From Myxococcota bacterium (GTDB taxonomy: Bacteria > Myxococcota_A > Polyangia > Nannocystales > Nannocystaceae): a stretch of DNA of 64,000 bases. Within the stretch, counting starts at the first letter, position 1, and every line of letters begins with the position of its first letter. Location: assembly GCA_039028615.1 (NCBI GenBank), contig JBCCHT010000007.1, positions 32,001-96,000 on the forward strand. The letters run 5' to 3'. The position numbers and the translations under genes are program-made. Shown here in pieces: positions 28,786-38,782 of this stretch. The notes under the pieces were generated by a model. That model had not been told where the DNA came from, searched no databases, and saw only the letters and a list, made by a program, of their open reading frames with translations.

Positions 28786-29020
28786 CGCTCGGGTTGTGGG
28801 CACGGGTTGGCGTGCCGGTCGACAGGTCGCCTGTTCGCCGGATTGAGTATTCCGGCCGTGCTCAAACAGTGGTTTCACGCCTTGTCACAGCGTACGTACG
28901 CGCAAGGGCTTGGTGGACTCCGTCTGGGCGTGGGCGAGGCGCTACCAAAACTGCGCGCGCCCGGAATACTCAACCCGACGACGGCTCCCGCTTTGGGCGA
29001 TAGGCACGGGCCGATCCGGA
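28786..29020 (+). repeat. Left arm of 235-bp inverted repeat
   Basis: Reverse complement of 29518..29752 with 2 mismatches by manual alignment; degenerate similarity extends to ~28750 and ~29055. Confidence 0.95.
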
Positions 29021-29517
29021 AGGGCGGGTTTTGGGGCGGTGGCGGCGCGCCCTTGGGACTCGCGTCGTTGGGCGCCGCTCTCCACAACGAGTTCCGAACT
29101 TGTGCCGCTGTGCACTGCGCGAATCGACCTCCGCTTCGCTCTGCCACGTAGCTCGGATGGCTATCTGGTTGGCGCTGCTCCAATGCCGCTCTGTTCGGCC
29201 CGAAACATCGCAGATGGCGTTCCGCTCTGCTCTCCACCGCGACGGCCGGGTGGGCTTCGGGGTGGGGCGGGCTATCCAACCGTGGGTGATGGCAACGACG
29301 ATGGTCGTGGCCAGCAGGGCGATCAGCTCGTAGTGCCCTCGGGGTTCGATATTCGTGAACAGCGAAGACTGAGACTCTGCGGCCGTTCTCTTCGATACAC
29401 GGCAGCGAGCAGCCCCGGCCTCAGCACGCACCCATCACCACAACCCCACCGAACCTGACCAAGAGCAGAACACACCGTGCCCTCTCAAAGGGCGCGCCAC
29501 CGCCCCCTGTTTCCCCC

Positions 29518-29752
29518 TCCGGATCGGCCCGTGCCCATCGCCCAAAGCGGGAGCCGTCGTCGGGTTGAGTATTCCGGGCGCGCGCAGTTTTGGTAGCGCC
29601 TCGCCCACGCCCAGACGGAGTCCACCAAGCCCTCGCGCGTACGTACGCTGTGACAAGGCGTGAAACCACTGTTTGAGCACGGCCGGAATACTCAATCCGG
29701 CGAACAGGCGACCTGTCGACCGGCACGCCAACCCGTGCCCACAACCCGAGCG
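29518..29752 (-). repeat. Right arm of 235-bp inverted repeat
   Basis: Matches the left arm; degenerate extension ~29488..29789. Confidence 0.95.
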
Positions 29753-29923
29753 CCCAACTCAAACCCACCCCGCGCCCCCGAATCGAAGCCCCAATTCCCG
29801 CGCCCCAATAGCAAGCCACCGCCCACTCCCAGCCAACTCCCCCCCGAACCAACGAAAGGACTCGACGACCGACTAGCCACCGAGCCCCCAGAGGGATGGA
29901 TTGGATTTGATTCGCTCGAAGAC

Positions 29924-30460
29924 TCAGACAGGCGCCCGCTCAGGCCGCTCCCCTCCGCGCTTGCCCTTCTTCCCGTGCTTGCCGTGCTTCCCGCGACGCC
30001 CCCCGTGCATCAGCGCCCGCGGACCCCGATGCTCCATGACCTTCGCCATCGTGGCCCGCTGCTCCGCATCGAGCAGCGCGTGAATCTCCATCATCGCATC
30101 GAAGCCCCGCTCCCGAAGCTCTTGCTCATGGGTCTGCACCTGCGCCGCGATGCGTCGCATGGCCGCCTCGTCGGGTGAGTCTTTGGCGAACTCCGCCGCC
30201 ATCTGTTGGTGGAGTCGCTTGATCGCCTCGCGGTCGGCCTTGCTGTCGGCCCGCAGCTCCTTTTTGATCTGCTTGACCTCCTCGCGTTGCGCGTCCGTGC
30301 ACTCGATCTTGGCGCAGAAACCTCCGCGGCGGCCGTCGGCACCGGGGCCCTTGGCCGAGCCCGGCTTGGCGATGGCCGCGGCGCTGCCCAGGCCGACGAG
30401 GGCCAGGCCACCGATGGCGGGGAGGAGGTAACGGGTCTTGGGACTGTTCCAGAGCTTCAT
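29924..30460 (-). CDS. Spy/CpxP-family periplasmic chaperone-like protein
   Basis: Signal peptide; CTDAQREEV and LLDAEQR (LTxxQ-like motifs); helical; GAGG upstream. Confidence 0.8.
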   Translation of the reverse strand: MKLWNSPKTRYLLPAIGGLALVGLGSAAAIAKPGSAKGPGADGRRGGFCAKIECTDAQREEVKQIKKELRADSKADREAIKRLHQQMAAEFAKDSPDEAAMRRIAAQVQTHEQELRERGFDAMMEIHALLDAEQRATMAKVMEHRGPRALMHGGRRGKHGKHGKKGKRGGERPERAPV

Positions 30461-30526
30461 GGTCGGTTGTTCCTCGGTCTCGGCTTCAAGATGAGCCGCA
30501 CCCCCCAGCAACACCGTCCAGATGCG

Positions 30527-30543
30527 GTAAACGCGAAGTAAAC
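30527..30543. promoter_or_regulatory. Tandem GTAAAC direct repeat (OmpR/CpxR-type box candidate)
   Basis: GTAAAC-GCGAA-GTAAAC, 11-bp period, ~70 bp upstream of the Spy/CpxP-like gene. Confidence 0.4.
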
Positions 30544-30706
30544 CGAATCTCAGTCGTCGTTCGGCTCGATTAACGGGCGCGACTTTCGCGCTTCACCGCG
30601 CCTGGTCGAGCCCTCGGGCCGGCGGTTCGCCAATGGGCCCCTCGCCACGATATCCTGCCGCTCGAAGGCCCCGGCCGATCGACTTTGTGCTATCAGGCGC
30701 ATCCGA

Positions 30707-30925
30707 ATGAGCAACGATGACGCAATCGAGTTCGACGGCAAGGTCGTCGAGGTTCTGACCGGGGGGACGTTCAAAGTCCAAGTGGCCCCCGAGCACTTCG
30801 TCATCGCCAAGCTGGCCGGCAAGATGAGGCGCTACCGAATCCGCGTGGTGCTGGGCGACAAGGTCACGGTGGCCGTGTCTCCTTACGATCCAACGCGGGG
30901 CCGCATCACGTACCGGCCGCGCTGA
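30707..30925 (+). CDS. infA: Translation initiation factor IF-1
   Basis: DAIEFDGKVVEVL...GKMRRYRIRVVLGDKVTVAVSPYDPTRGRITYR. Confidence 0.97.
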   Translation: MSNDDAIEFDGKVVEVLTGGTFKVQVAPEHFVIAKLAGKMRRYRIRVVLGDKVTVAVSPYDPTRGRITYRPR

Positions 30926-31001
30926 GGAGTGGGGGCTTGCGTCACTGCATCGGCAGCGGCACGACGCCCCTTCACTCGTGCGATGAACGAAGGAGCCCGC
31001 G

Positions 31002-34000
31002 GTGACGGGCCCCGGCGGTCCCGTATCCGACGAGAGCCACGAGTGGCTTCGACAGGTACGGGCCAACGTCAAGGCGCAGCTATTTGGTGCGCCCAGCGAA
31101 GCGGCATCCGCAACCCCGGCGCCGATCGAAGACCCGCGTAGCCACGGCGACGGCGCGGACCCGGTCCGCATCGGTCGCTATGTCGTGATCAAGCGGATCG
31201 GCGAGGGCGGCATGGGCATGGTCTATGCGGCGTACGACGACACGCTCGATCGCAAGGTCGCGGTCAAGCTGCTGCACCCGCGCGGCGCGGGAGCGGGAGT
31301 CGACGCGCGCGCCCGGCTGATCCGCGAGGCCCAGGCGCTGGCTCGGCTGTCGCACCCTTCGGTCATTCACGTCTACGAGGTCGGCACCTGGCAAGAGCAG
31401 GTCTACGTCGCGATGGAGTTCGTGGACGGCACGACCCTCGGCCAGTGGCAGCGGCAAGAGGGCCGAACCTGGCGCGACGTGCTCGAGGCCTATGTCGCGG
31501 CGGGCCGAGGCCTGGCGGCTGCCCATGCGGCGGGCATCGTTCACCGCGACTTCAAGGCCGCCAACGTGCTGGTACGCAACGACGGTGCGGTCCGAGTCGT
31601 GGACTTCGGGCTCGCCCGGCAGGAGATCGAGGCGGGAGCGTCCGGGTCGAAGCCCCGCCCCATCGACCTCGGGGCCTCCGCGCCCGCGCTGTCGCTGGTC
31701 GATGGCCAGACCTCGCCCGGCACCGACGCCCCGCTCACCCGGACCGGCGCCATCATGGGCACTCCCGCCTATATGGCGCCCGAGCAGCACATCGGGCAGC
31801 GCGCCGACGTCCGCAGCGATCAGTTCAGCTACTGCGTGTCGCTGTACGAGGCGCTGTACGGCTTCCGCCCCTTCCCCGGCGAGACGGTGGCCGCCTTGCG
31901 TCGCAACGTACTCGCGGGGCGCCTGGAGCAGCCACCCCGCTACACCGACATCCCGCCCCGGATCTTCCGCGTGCTCGAGCGTGGGCTCCAGATCCACCCG
32001 CACGATCGCCACGGCGGCATGGCGACGATGCTCGACGAGCTCACCCGCGACCCCCGGGTCACGGTGCAGCGCATCGCGTACTTGCTGGGGGTGGTGATCC
32101 TGGTGCTGATCGTCGCGGGCTCGTGGTGGTCGCAGCGAGAGGAACGCAGCGCCCGGGCCGAGGGCGAGCAGCTCCGGGCCAAGTTCGAGCGAGCGCGGGT
32201 GCTCAACGCCGAAGACGAGCTCCGCCGCGCCCAGTCCCGCACCGTCTCGGAGAAGTGGGACGACCTGGTGCTGGCCTACGCCCGCCAGGTGCTCGACGAC
32301 GAGCCCACCGTGGCCCTCGCCGCGCTCAAGCACCTCACCCCGAACAACACCGACTGGCTGCCCGCCGCCCGCACCATCGCCGCCGATGCGGGGCAGCGCG
32401 GGGTCATGTATCGCAACGTCGATCCCGGCCTCGGTCGCGTCGCTCGCCTCGGATTTACCGATGGCGGGCGCGTGCTCGTGATGGCCGGCCGCGGCCTGTC
32501 GCTGTGGGAGCCGGCCACCGACCGCCGCTGGCGACTCGAAGACCCGGGCACGACGCTCCGCGACGTGGCCTTCACCGCCGACGGCAAGAAGATCGCCGCC
32601 GTCGGCCAAGACGAGGCGATCTACGTGTGGACCCTCGACCCGCGCACGAGCGGGCCCGGCACGATGCGGCGGATCTCGAGCAACGACGGCCCGCTGTCGG
32701 CCATCGCTCTGTCCGCCGACGGCGAGACCCTGGCCGTGGGTGCCAACAGCGGGCGCGTTCGCCTGCTCGACTGGGACGGCCGCAGCACCCGGTCCATGAA
32801 CGACCACAAGGGTGCGATCCGCTCGCTGGACTTCTCGCCGGACCAACAGCGGCTCGCCTCCGCGAGCGACGACGGCACCATTCTCCAGTGGTTCCTCGAG
32901 CGCGAGACCCACTGGGAGCTGGCGCATGGTCCCGGCATTCGTCAGGCCCGCTTCGATGGCGAGGGCGTGGCCCTGTGGTCGACGGCCGAGGACGGTCGGG
33001 TGCGACGCTGGTCGGACAAGGGCACGCCGCTCATCGTGGACGAGCTCGAGGGGGTCACCCTGCTGCAGCGCACGCCGACCGGCGATCACATGCTGGCGTG
33101 TCGCGGAGACCGAGAGCTCGTGCTGCGCGGCGGCGGTGATCCGCAGCCGCTACGAGGATTGCCCGCGCTGGTCACCGCCATCGCCCTGACCGACGACGGC
33201 ACCTGGGCCGCCGCCGCGACCGGCAACGAGCGCGTGGTGCTGTGGCGCCTGACCGGCATGGGCGGCGACGGCTCGCAGCCCGACGGCTCGCGCATCAGCA
33301 ACACGGGGGGCACCACCACCGCCCTGGCCTTCTCTCGCGCGGGCAGCTTGCTGGCCACCGCCAGCCGACAAGGTCGCGTGCAGCTGTGGTCCGAGCAAGG
33401 CGAGTTTCGCGGTGAGCTCGGGCAACACGGCCGCACGATCCTCGACCTCGACTTCTCACCCCAGGGTCACGAGCTGGCCGCCTACGACGAAGAGGGCGGA
33501 CTGATGGTGTGGTCGGTGGCCGACCACGACCAACCCCCCATTCGCCTGCGTCGCAAGGGCGAGCGCCGCTCCGCCGCCTGGACCTGGTCTCCCGACGGCA
33601 ACATGATCGCGGCCCCGCAGTGCTCGTCCTCCGATCGCTGCGAGGTCGTGCTCTATCCGCTGTCCGGAGACGAACCCGTCGCGCTGGGCAGCACCGACTC
33701 GCCCGCCACAACCCTGCTCTACTCGCCCTCGGGGCGGCGCCTGCTGAGCGACCACCCCACCGACTCGTGGCTGTGGGACCTCGAGGACCTCACCGGGCAC
33801 GCACTCGAGTGGCCCGATGGCGTGCAGCCGGGGGAGCGCCTGGCCTTCGCCTACGTGCGGGGTGGGGTCCGTATCGCGACCGGCGAAGAGCTGCGCGACG
33901 AGGAAGCCCGCGTAGTCTCCACGACCCTGCGAGTGTGGCACTTGGGGCAGCGCAGCGACGACGTGCACATGCTCTTCGAGCAGCCCGAGCTGCGAACCTT

Positions 34001-34403
34001 GCTCGTCGACGATCAGCGGCGGACGCTGCTGCTCCGCACGCACGACGACAACACGCTGATGTGGCGCCTGGCCGGAGACCGCTTCCGCTTGCTCCCCACC
34101 ATCGGCAACAACGTCGACCGGCTCATGATCTCCCCCGATGGCCAGGCGCTGCTGCTGCGCCCGCGATTCGTGCGTGGCCGCCCCAACGACAGCCTGTGGG
34201 TGGACATCGAGTCGGGCCAGACACGACGCTTCTCGCGGCGCAACGATCCCATGGCGTGGTCGGCCCGAGGCACGGTGGCCGACTCGATGGGCCGTCGCGG
34301 CATTCGCATCTGGCGAGATCCCACCCCGGACGAGGTCGGGGCCTTCATTCGTTGGCTCTGGGACGAGACCAACGCGCAGGTCGACCCGGCCAGCATCCGC
34401 TGA
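31002..34403 (+). CDS. Ser/Thr protein kinase with WD40 repeats
   Basis: IGEGGMG, VAVK, HRDFKAAN, DFG, GTPAYMAPEQ; TM helix; WD40 units such as HKGAIRSLDFSPD...SASDDGTI; AGGAG RBS. Confidence 0.95.
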   Translation: MTGPGGPVSDESHEWLRQVRANVKAQLFGAPSEAASATPAPIEDPRSHGDGADPVRIGRYVVIKRIGEGGMGMVYAAYDDTLDRKVAVKLLHPRGAGAGVDARARLIREAQALARLSHPSVIHVYEVGTWQEQVYVAMEFVDGTTLGQWQRQEGRTWRDVLEAYVAAGRGLAAAHAAGIVHRDFKAANVLVRNDGAVRVVDFGLARQEIEAGASGSKPRPIDLGASAPALSLVDGQTSPGTDAPLTRTGAIMGTPAYMAPEQHIGQRADVRSDQFSYCVSLYEALYGFRPFPGETVAALRRNVLAGRLEQPPRYTDIPPRIFRVLERGLQIHPHDRHGGMATMLDELTRDPRVTVQRIAYLLGVVILVLIVAGSWWSQREERSARAEGEQLRAKFERARVLNAEDELRRAQSRTVSEKWDDLVLAYARQVLDDEPTVALAALKHLTPNNTDWLPAARTIAADAGQRGVMYRNVDPGLGRVARLGFTDGGRVLVMAGRGLSLWEPATDRRWRLEDPGTTLRDVAFTADGKKIAAVGQDEAIYVWTLDPRTSGPGTMRRISSNDGPLSAIALSADGETLAVGANSGRVRLLDWDGRSTRSMNDHKGAIRSLDFSPDQQRLASASDDGTILQWFLERETHWELAHGPGIRQARFDGEGVALWSTAEDGRVRRWSDKGTPLIVDELEGVTLLQRTPTGDHMLACRGDRELVLRGGGDPQPLRGLPALVTAIALTDDGTWAAAATGNERVVLWRLTGMGGDGSQPDGSRISNTGGTTTALAFSRAGSLLATASRQGRVQLWSEQGEFRGELGQHGRTILDLDFSPQGHELAAYDEEGGLMVWSVADHDQPPIRLRRKGERRSAAWTWSPDGNMIAAPQCSSSDRCEVVLYPLSGDEPVALGSTDSPATTLLYSPSGRRLLSDHPTDSWLWDLEDLTGHALEWPDGVQPGERLAFAYVRGGVRIATGEELRDEEARVVSTTLRVWHLGQRSDDVHMLFEQPELRTLLVDDQRRTLLLRTHDDNTLMWRLAGDRFRLLPTIGNNVDRLMISPDGQALLLRPRFVRGRPNDSLWVDIESGQTRRFSRRNDPMAWSARGTVADSMGRRGIRIWRDPTPDEVGAFIRWLWDETNAQVDPASIR

Positions 34404-34470
34404 TCGGTTACGCGTCGGTACGATGGCGGCAACGGGGCGCAGTTGACCCTGGTTGTCGCGACCATCGATA

Positions 34471-36144
34471 ATGCGCCCACGCCGACGGCGTCTCACCGTG
34501 TCCGATCTCCTCGATTCTGCCGATGAAGAGCATCCGCTGATCGGCGAGACGCTGGACGGTCGCTACCAGATCGAGGCCCTGCTCGGCCGCGGAGGCATGG
34601 GCGCGGTGTTCCGCGCTCGCCACCTGAGCCTCGACCGCCCGGTCGCGGTCAAGCTGCTGCACCCGCAGCTGTCCAGCGACCCCCGCGTGGGCAAGCGCTT
34701 CGATCGCGAGGCCCAAGCGGTCTCCAAGCTCGACCACCCCGGCTGCGTCCAGGTCATGGACTTCGGCACGAGCGAGCTGGGCATCAAGTACCTGGTGATG
34801 CAGTTCCTCGACGGGCACGAGCTGCGCGACCGGACCGGCGTCGGGCTCGAGATCTCCGAGGCGGTGGACATCGTCGACCAGGTGCTCGACGCCCTCGAGC
34901 ACGCCCACAAGCGCGGGCTCGTCCATCGCGACCTCAAGCCGGAGAACATCTTCCTCGTGCGCGACGACGATCACCGCCAGGTGGTCAAGCTCGTCGACTT
35001 CGGCATCGTGAAGCTGCTGGAGGGCAACGAGAACCAGGAGCGGCTCACCCAGCTGGGCATGGCCTTCGGTACGCCCACGTACATGAGCCCCGAGCAGGCG
35101 GCGGGCGGCACCATCGACGCGCGCACCGACATCTATGCCGTGGGCGTGCTGTTGTACGAGCTGCTCACCGGAGCGCCGCCCTTCGACGCGGACGAGCCCG
35201 GGATCTTGCTGCGCATGCACATCCTGCGGGACCCTCCGCCGCTGCCCGACACCATCCCGCCGTCGATCGTGGCGGTGGTGATGAAGCTGCTCGCGAAGGA
35301 AGCCGAGGATCGCTACCTCACCGCTCGCGAGGCCCAGGCGGCGCTTCGCGAGGCGGTGGAGAACATGGAAGCGCAGTCCGACTCGGGCGCGTTCCCCCGG
35401 CTGGTGCCACCGGGTCCCGGTGCCGCCGCTCCGCCTCCGCCCGCAGCTCGGCCCACCCACGCGGACGCGGCCGGGCTCCCCCCGTCCACGGGTCCAGGGT
35501 TGGGGCATACCCCACCCACGGATCCCGCTGCACCGACCGCCTCCAACCCAACGCCAGCCCCTCCTCCGCACGCGGCCGTCACCGATCCCGCTCTGCTCGC
35601 GACCGCGGCCAACCCGGCCACGCCGGTCGCGGGCATGGCTGCGCCGCCGCCCCACCCCGCGTCGTCGGGTACGGTACGCGCCCCTCCCCCCGGGCCCCTG
35701 CCCACCTATGGGCCCAACCAGAGCGCCAGCTTTGCCCACGGCCCCTCCGGCGCCCATGCCCCGTGGAACAGCGGCGCGGGCATGTCGGCGGCCCACTCGA
35801 TGACCGCCAGCCAGGCTTCGCTCCGCAAGCAGGACGCCTCGCATCGCGCCCTGTGGATCGTCGTCAGCGTGGCCGTCCTCGCCATTTTGGTCTGGGTCGG
35901 CGCCGCGATCTACTGGATGAGCCCGTCATCGCGAGACCTGCCCGCCCCGGCCGCGAGCCCCGACGCCGATCACTCCCGCTGGCACTTCACCGACGGTGTC
36001 GACCCGGCAAGCGCCAAAGACTCGGAGGGCTCGGACTCCACCACGAGTACCGCCGCCTCGGAGGAGGAGCCCAAGAAGCCCAAGCGCAAAAAAGAGCGCA
36101 AGGGAAAGGGCAAGAAGGACAAGAAAGAGGGCAAGGGCAAGTAG
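34471..36144 (+). CDS. Ser/Thr protein kinase with Pro-rich linker, TM helix and Lys-rich tail
   Basis: LGRGGMG, HRDLKPEN, DFG, GTPTYMSPEQ; start at 34471 or 34498. Confidence 0.95.
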   Translation: MRPRRRRLTVSDLLDSADEEHPLIGETLDGRYQIEALLGRGGMGAVFRARHLSLDRPVAVKLLHPQLSSDPRVGKRFDREAQAVSKLDHPGCVQVMDFGTSELGIKYLVMQFLDGHELRDRTGVGLEISEAVDIVDQVLDALEHAHKRGLVHRDLKPENIFLVRDDDHRQVVKLVDFGIVKLLEGNENQERLTQLGMAFGTPTYMSPEQAAGGTIDARTDIYAVGVLLYELLTGAPPFDADEPGILLRMHILRDPPPLPDTIPPSIVAVVMKLLAKEAEDRYLTAREAQAALREAVENMEAQSDSGAFPRLVPPGPGAAAPPPPAARPTHADAAGLPPSTGPGLGHTPPTDPAAPTASNPTPAPPPHAAVTDPALLATAANPATPVAGMAAPPPHPASSGTVRAPPPGPLPTYGPNQSASFAHGPSGAHAPWNSGAGMSAAHSMTASQASLRKQDASHRALWIVVSVAVLAILVWVGAAIYWMSPSSRDLPAPAASPDADHSRWHFTDGVDPASAKDSEGSDSTTSTAASEEEPKKPKRKKERKGKGKKDKKEGKGK

Positions 36145-36154
36145 GCACGCGACC

Positions 36155-37396
36155 ATGAGCTCCGTCCCCACGACCAACGAGCCTCCCCAACCCGGCGACG
36201 TCTACGAGGGCTTCACCGTCACGCGCATGCTGGGCACAGGCACCTTCGCCTGGGTGCTCGAAGCGCGCCATCCCGACTACGCGGGACCGGTGGCCATGAA
36301 GATCTCGCGGCACCCGGTGGAGACGGAGGAGACCGCCCTGCGGGCGCTCCGCGAGATTCGCATCCTGGGCTCGCTGTCCAATCCCCACGTGGTGCACATC
36401 TTCGACCACGGCCTGGGGCCCGACGAGCGCTGGTACATGGTGATGGAGCTGCTCGAGGGCGGAGAGCTGTCCGCGGGTCACGACTTCGACCGACCGATGC
36501 CCCCGGCCCAGGCCGCGCGGGTGGTGCAACAGGCCTGCCTCGGCCTCGACGAAGCCCACCGCGCGGGCATCGTGCATCGCGACATCAAGCCCGACAACTT
36601 GTGGAAGACGCCCGACGGCACCATCAAGGTCCTCGACTTCGGCCTCGCCCGCGCCTGGGATACCGACAACACCATCGGCGCCAACGCGACCACGGGGCAC
36701 ATGCTGGTGGGCACCCCTCACTACGCCCAGCCCGAGCAGATCCACTCCGGCAAGCTCACCCCGGCCTCCGACGTCTACAGCCTGGGCTTTCTGCTCTACG
36801 AGCTGCTGGTGGGTCGGACCCCGCTGTTCGCCGACCAACGGGTGAGCGAGGTCCGGGACCGGCTGATCGACGAGCCCCTCAAGTGGCTCATCGCCCACGT
36901 CAAAGAAGCCGTCGTGCCGCTGACCCACTACCCCGAGGGACGGCGAATGCCGCGACGCTTGGTCGAGGTGGTCGACGCCGCGCTGGCCAAGGACCCCACC
37001 GAGAGGCCGGCCACCGCGGGCGCGCTCGCCAATCGACTCGCGTGGGTGCTGCATCACGATCTCGGCTGTGCCCTCGGTGGCGTGCTCGAGGTTCGCTACG
37101 CCAATGGAGCCAAGCAGCGACACTTGGTGCTTCCGGGCGTGCACCGCATGGGCATCGGGCCCGACTGCGAGATCGCGCTCGGCCGCGGCTCCACCCCGCG
37201 CGTCGATGCCATCCTGGAGTGGGCCGGGGCGCCCTACGAGGCCGAGCTGCGCCCGCTCGCCGAGGACGACGCGGTGCGGGTCAACGGCCACATCATGAAC
37301 CGCCGCGTACGCTTGGTGCCGGGCACGTTCATGGAGATCCGCGGCGTTCGGCTGGAGCTGCAGTACCCGCGGTCGATGAAGACCCCGAAGCGATGA
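36155..37396 (+). CDS. Ser/Thr protein kinase with C-terminal FHA-like domain
   Basis: HRDIKPDN, DFG, GTPHYAQPEQ; C-terminal MGIGPDCEIAL...VRVNGH...LVPGTFMEI. Confidence 0.9.
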   Translation: MSSVPTTNEPPQPGDVYEGFTVTRMLGTGTFAWVLEARHPDYAGPVAMKISRHPVETEETALRALREIRILGSLSNPHVVHIFDHGLGPDERWYMVMELLEGGELSAGHDFDRPMPPAQAARVVQQACLGLDEAHRAGIVHRDIKPDNLWKTPDGTIKVLDFGLARAWDTDNTIGANATTGHMLVGTPHYAQPEQIHSGKLTPASDVYSLGFLLYELLVGRTPLFADQRVSEVRDRLIDEPLKWLIAHVKEAVVPLTHYPEGRRMPRRLVEVVDAALAKDPTERPATAGALANRLAWVLHHDLGCALGGVLEVRYANGAKQRHLVLPGVHRMGIGPDCEIALGRGSTPRVDAILEWAGAPYEAELRPLAEDDAVRVNGHIMNRRVRLVPGTFMEIRGVRLELQYPRSMKTPKR

Positions 37397-37735
37397 AGCA
37401 GGCACGAGCGCGAAGCCGCCCGATCCATCGCCGCAACGCGGATCCACCGCCGCGTCGGTATTTTTTTCGGCCGACGACCGGTCGCCAAACAGCGTCTAGC
37501 GGCCGAATTCGACCGGTTGCAAAGTCTCTGGTCCAACGTCGCGAAGCTCACGACCGTGTAGGGCAACGACGCTGATTCCCCTGCAACCTGTGGGGCCGCG
37601 ACTCGTCAATGGGGGTGTCGAGGCCGCTCCGTGGGACGAGCGGCCGACACTGACCAAAACGTCGTGCTCCGTTGGGGGGCCCGTCCGTCGAGAGTGCCGA
37701 GTCACTCGCGACGACGAACGTTGGAGGACTTCATC

Positions 37736-38719
37736 ATGGTTGCCGAGTACATCGAGAAGATTCAGGAACTGGCCGGACGCTTTCGTGACAACGAGCGCAA
37801 CCTGACCCTGTACTTCCCCGATCTCCAGACCGCCCCCGCTGCCGACAGCTACAACCGGGTCTTCGGGGCCCCGGTCGGGCTCACCGACGAGCACTGGCCC
37901 ACCTTCCCCGAGCTCGGCGAGCTCCTGTCGCAGGCCGACTGCGTCCAGCACTGGGACCACCGCGACACTCGCATGGAGCACGTGTTCACGGTCGACCTGC
38001 GCGGCATCAAGCTGCTGGGCGCCCCCGAGGACGCCGAGGCGATGATGCTGTTCATCAGCAACGCCAGCTTCCACCGCGCCTGCGCCGACGGCAACCGACA
38101 CACCCAAGTCGTGTTCCTGCGCCGCGAGGATCTCGACCGCGGCCTGTACCAGGGTGCCCTGCCCGAGCGCTCGCTATACCGCTGGAGCCGTCGCTTCAGC
38201 CTCGTGCCCGTGGACGTCCCCGGCGAGGTCTTCGAGGTGCCCCAGCTCGATCTCCTGCCCGACGATCTGCTCGTCGAGCTGTACGACGCCATCGCCGACG
38301 CCCCCGCTCGCTTGGGTGGCCTGCCCACGGGTGTCGAGCGCACCGACGGCGCCCCCGGGGGCTGGGACGAGAGCTCGCCCACCCTGCCGCGCGACAACCC
38401 GCCCGTGGTCCAGGCTGGTGGCTTCCAGTCGCTCCTCGAGGCGCCGGCCCACGCCAACAGCCGTCCCACCGTGCCCGACGGCAGCACCCAGTTCGAGTCG
38501 CGCCGCACCATCGTGCACGGCGACAGCCTGCTCGAGCGCAGCTACACCGACGGCGACCCGGCCAACGCCCGCACCTTCGGACACCGCGTGCCCCGGTCCG
38601 CCCCCTCGAGCCCCTTCCTCATGCAGTTCCACCGTCGCTTCGCCGACGTCAATCTCGGCCCGGAAGGCGTCATGTACGTCTCCGGTCGCAGCGCCTACGT
38701 CCAACCTCCCGCGGCCTGA
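37736..38719 (+). CDS. Hypothetical protein, YwqG/DUF1963-like
   Basis: GGAGG RBS; MEHVFTVDL, MLFIS, ARLGGLP, FLMQF...NLGPEGVMYV pattern. Confidence 0.6.
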   Translation: MVAEYIEKIQELAGRFRDNERNLTLYFPDLQTAPAADSYNRVFGAPVGLTDEHWPTFPELGELLSQADCVQHWDHRDTRMEHVFTVDLRGIKLLGAPEDAEAMMLFISNASFHRACADGNRHTQVVFLRREDLDRGLYQGALPERSLYRWSRRFSLVPVDVPGEVFEVPQLDLLPDDLLVELYDAIADAPARLGGLPTGVERTDGAPGGWDESSPTLPRDNPPVVQAGGFQSLLEAPAHANSRPTVPDGSTQFESRRTIVHGDSLLERSYTDGDPANARTFGHRVPRSAPSSPFLMQFHRRFADVNLGPEGVMYVSGRSAYVQPPAA

Positions 38720-38782
38720 GCGGGTCAGGCCCACCACCGCGTCTGTCGGGCTCCCAATTCCCTTCCCGACAGCGCACTCCCT

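Noticed and set aside
28786..29020. 6S RNA interpretation of the rod-like hairpin
   Set aside because: I see no large central bubble, and two near-identical inverted copies 500 bp apart would be atypical. An Rfam search is needed to exclude it fully.
29248..29271. G-quadruplex-like GGGTGGGCTTCGGGGTGGGGCGGG in the spacer
   Set aside because: Such motifs arise readily in very GC-rich DNA, and there is no independent support.
28968..29570. attC-like ACTCAAC...GTTGAGT pair
   Set aside because: About 600 bp apart, in the wrong order within a single arm, and with no integrase or cassette array.
28738..29880. Duplicated short ORFs such as MACRSTGRLFAG and MSTAGILNPANR
   Set aside because: By-products of the inverted repeat, with no coding-like codon bias or motifs.
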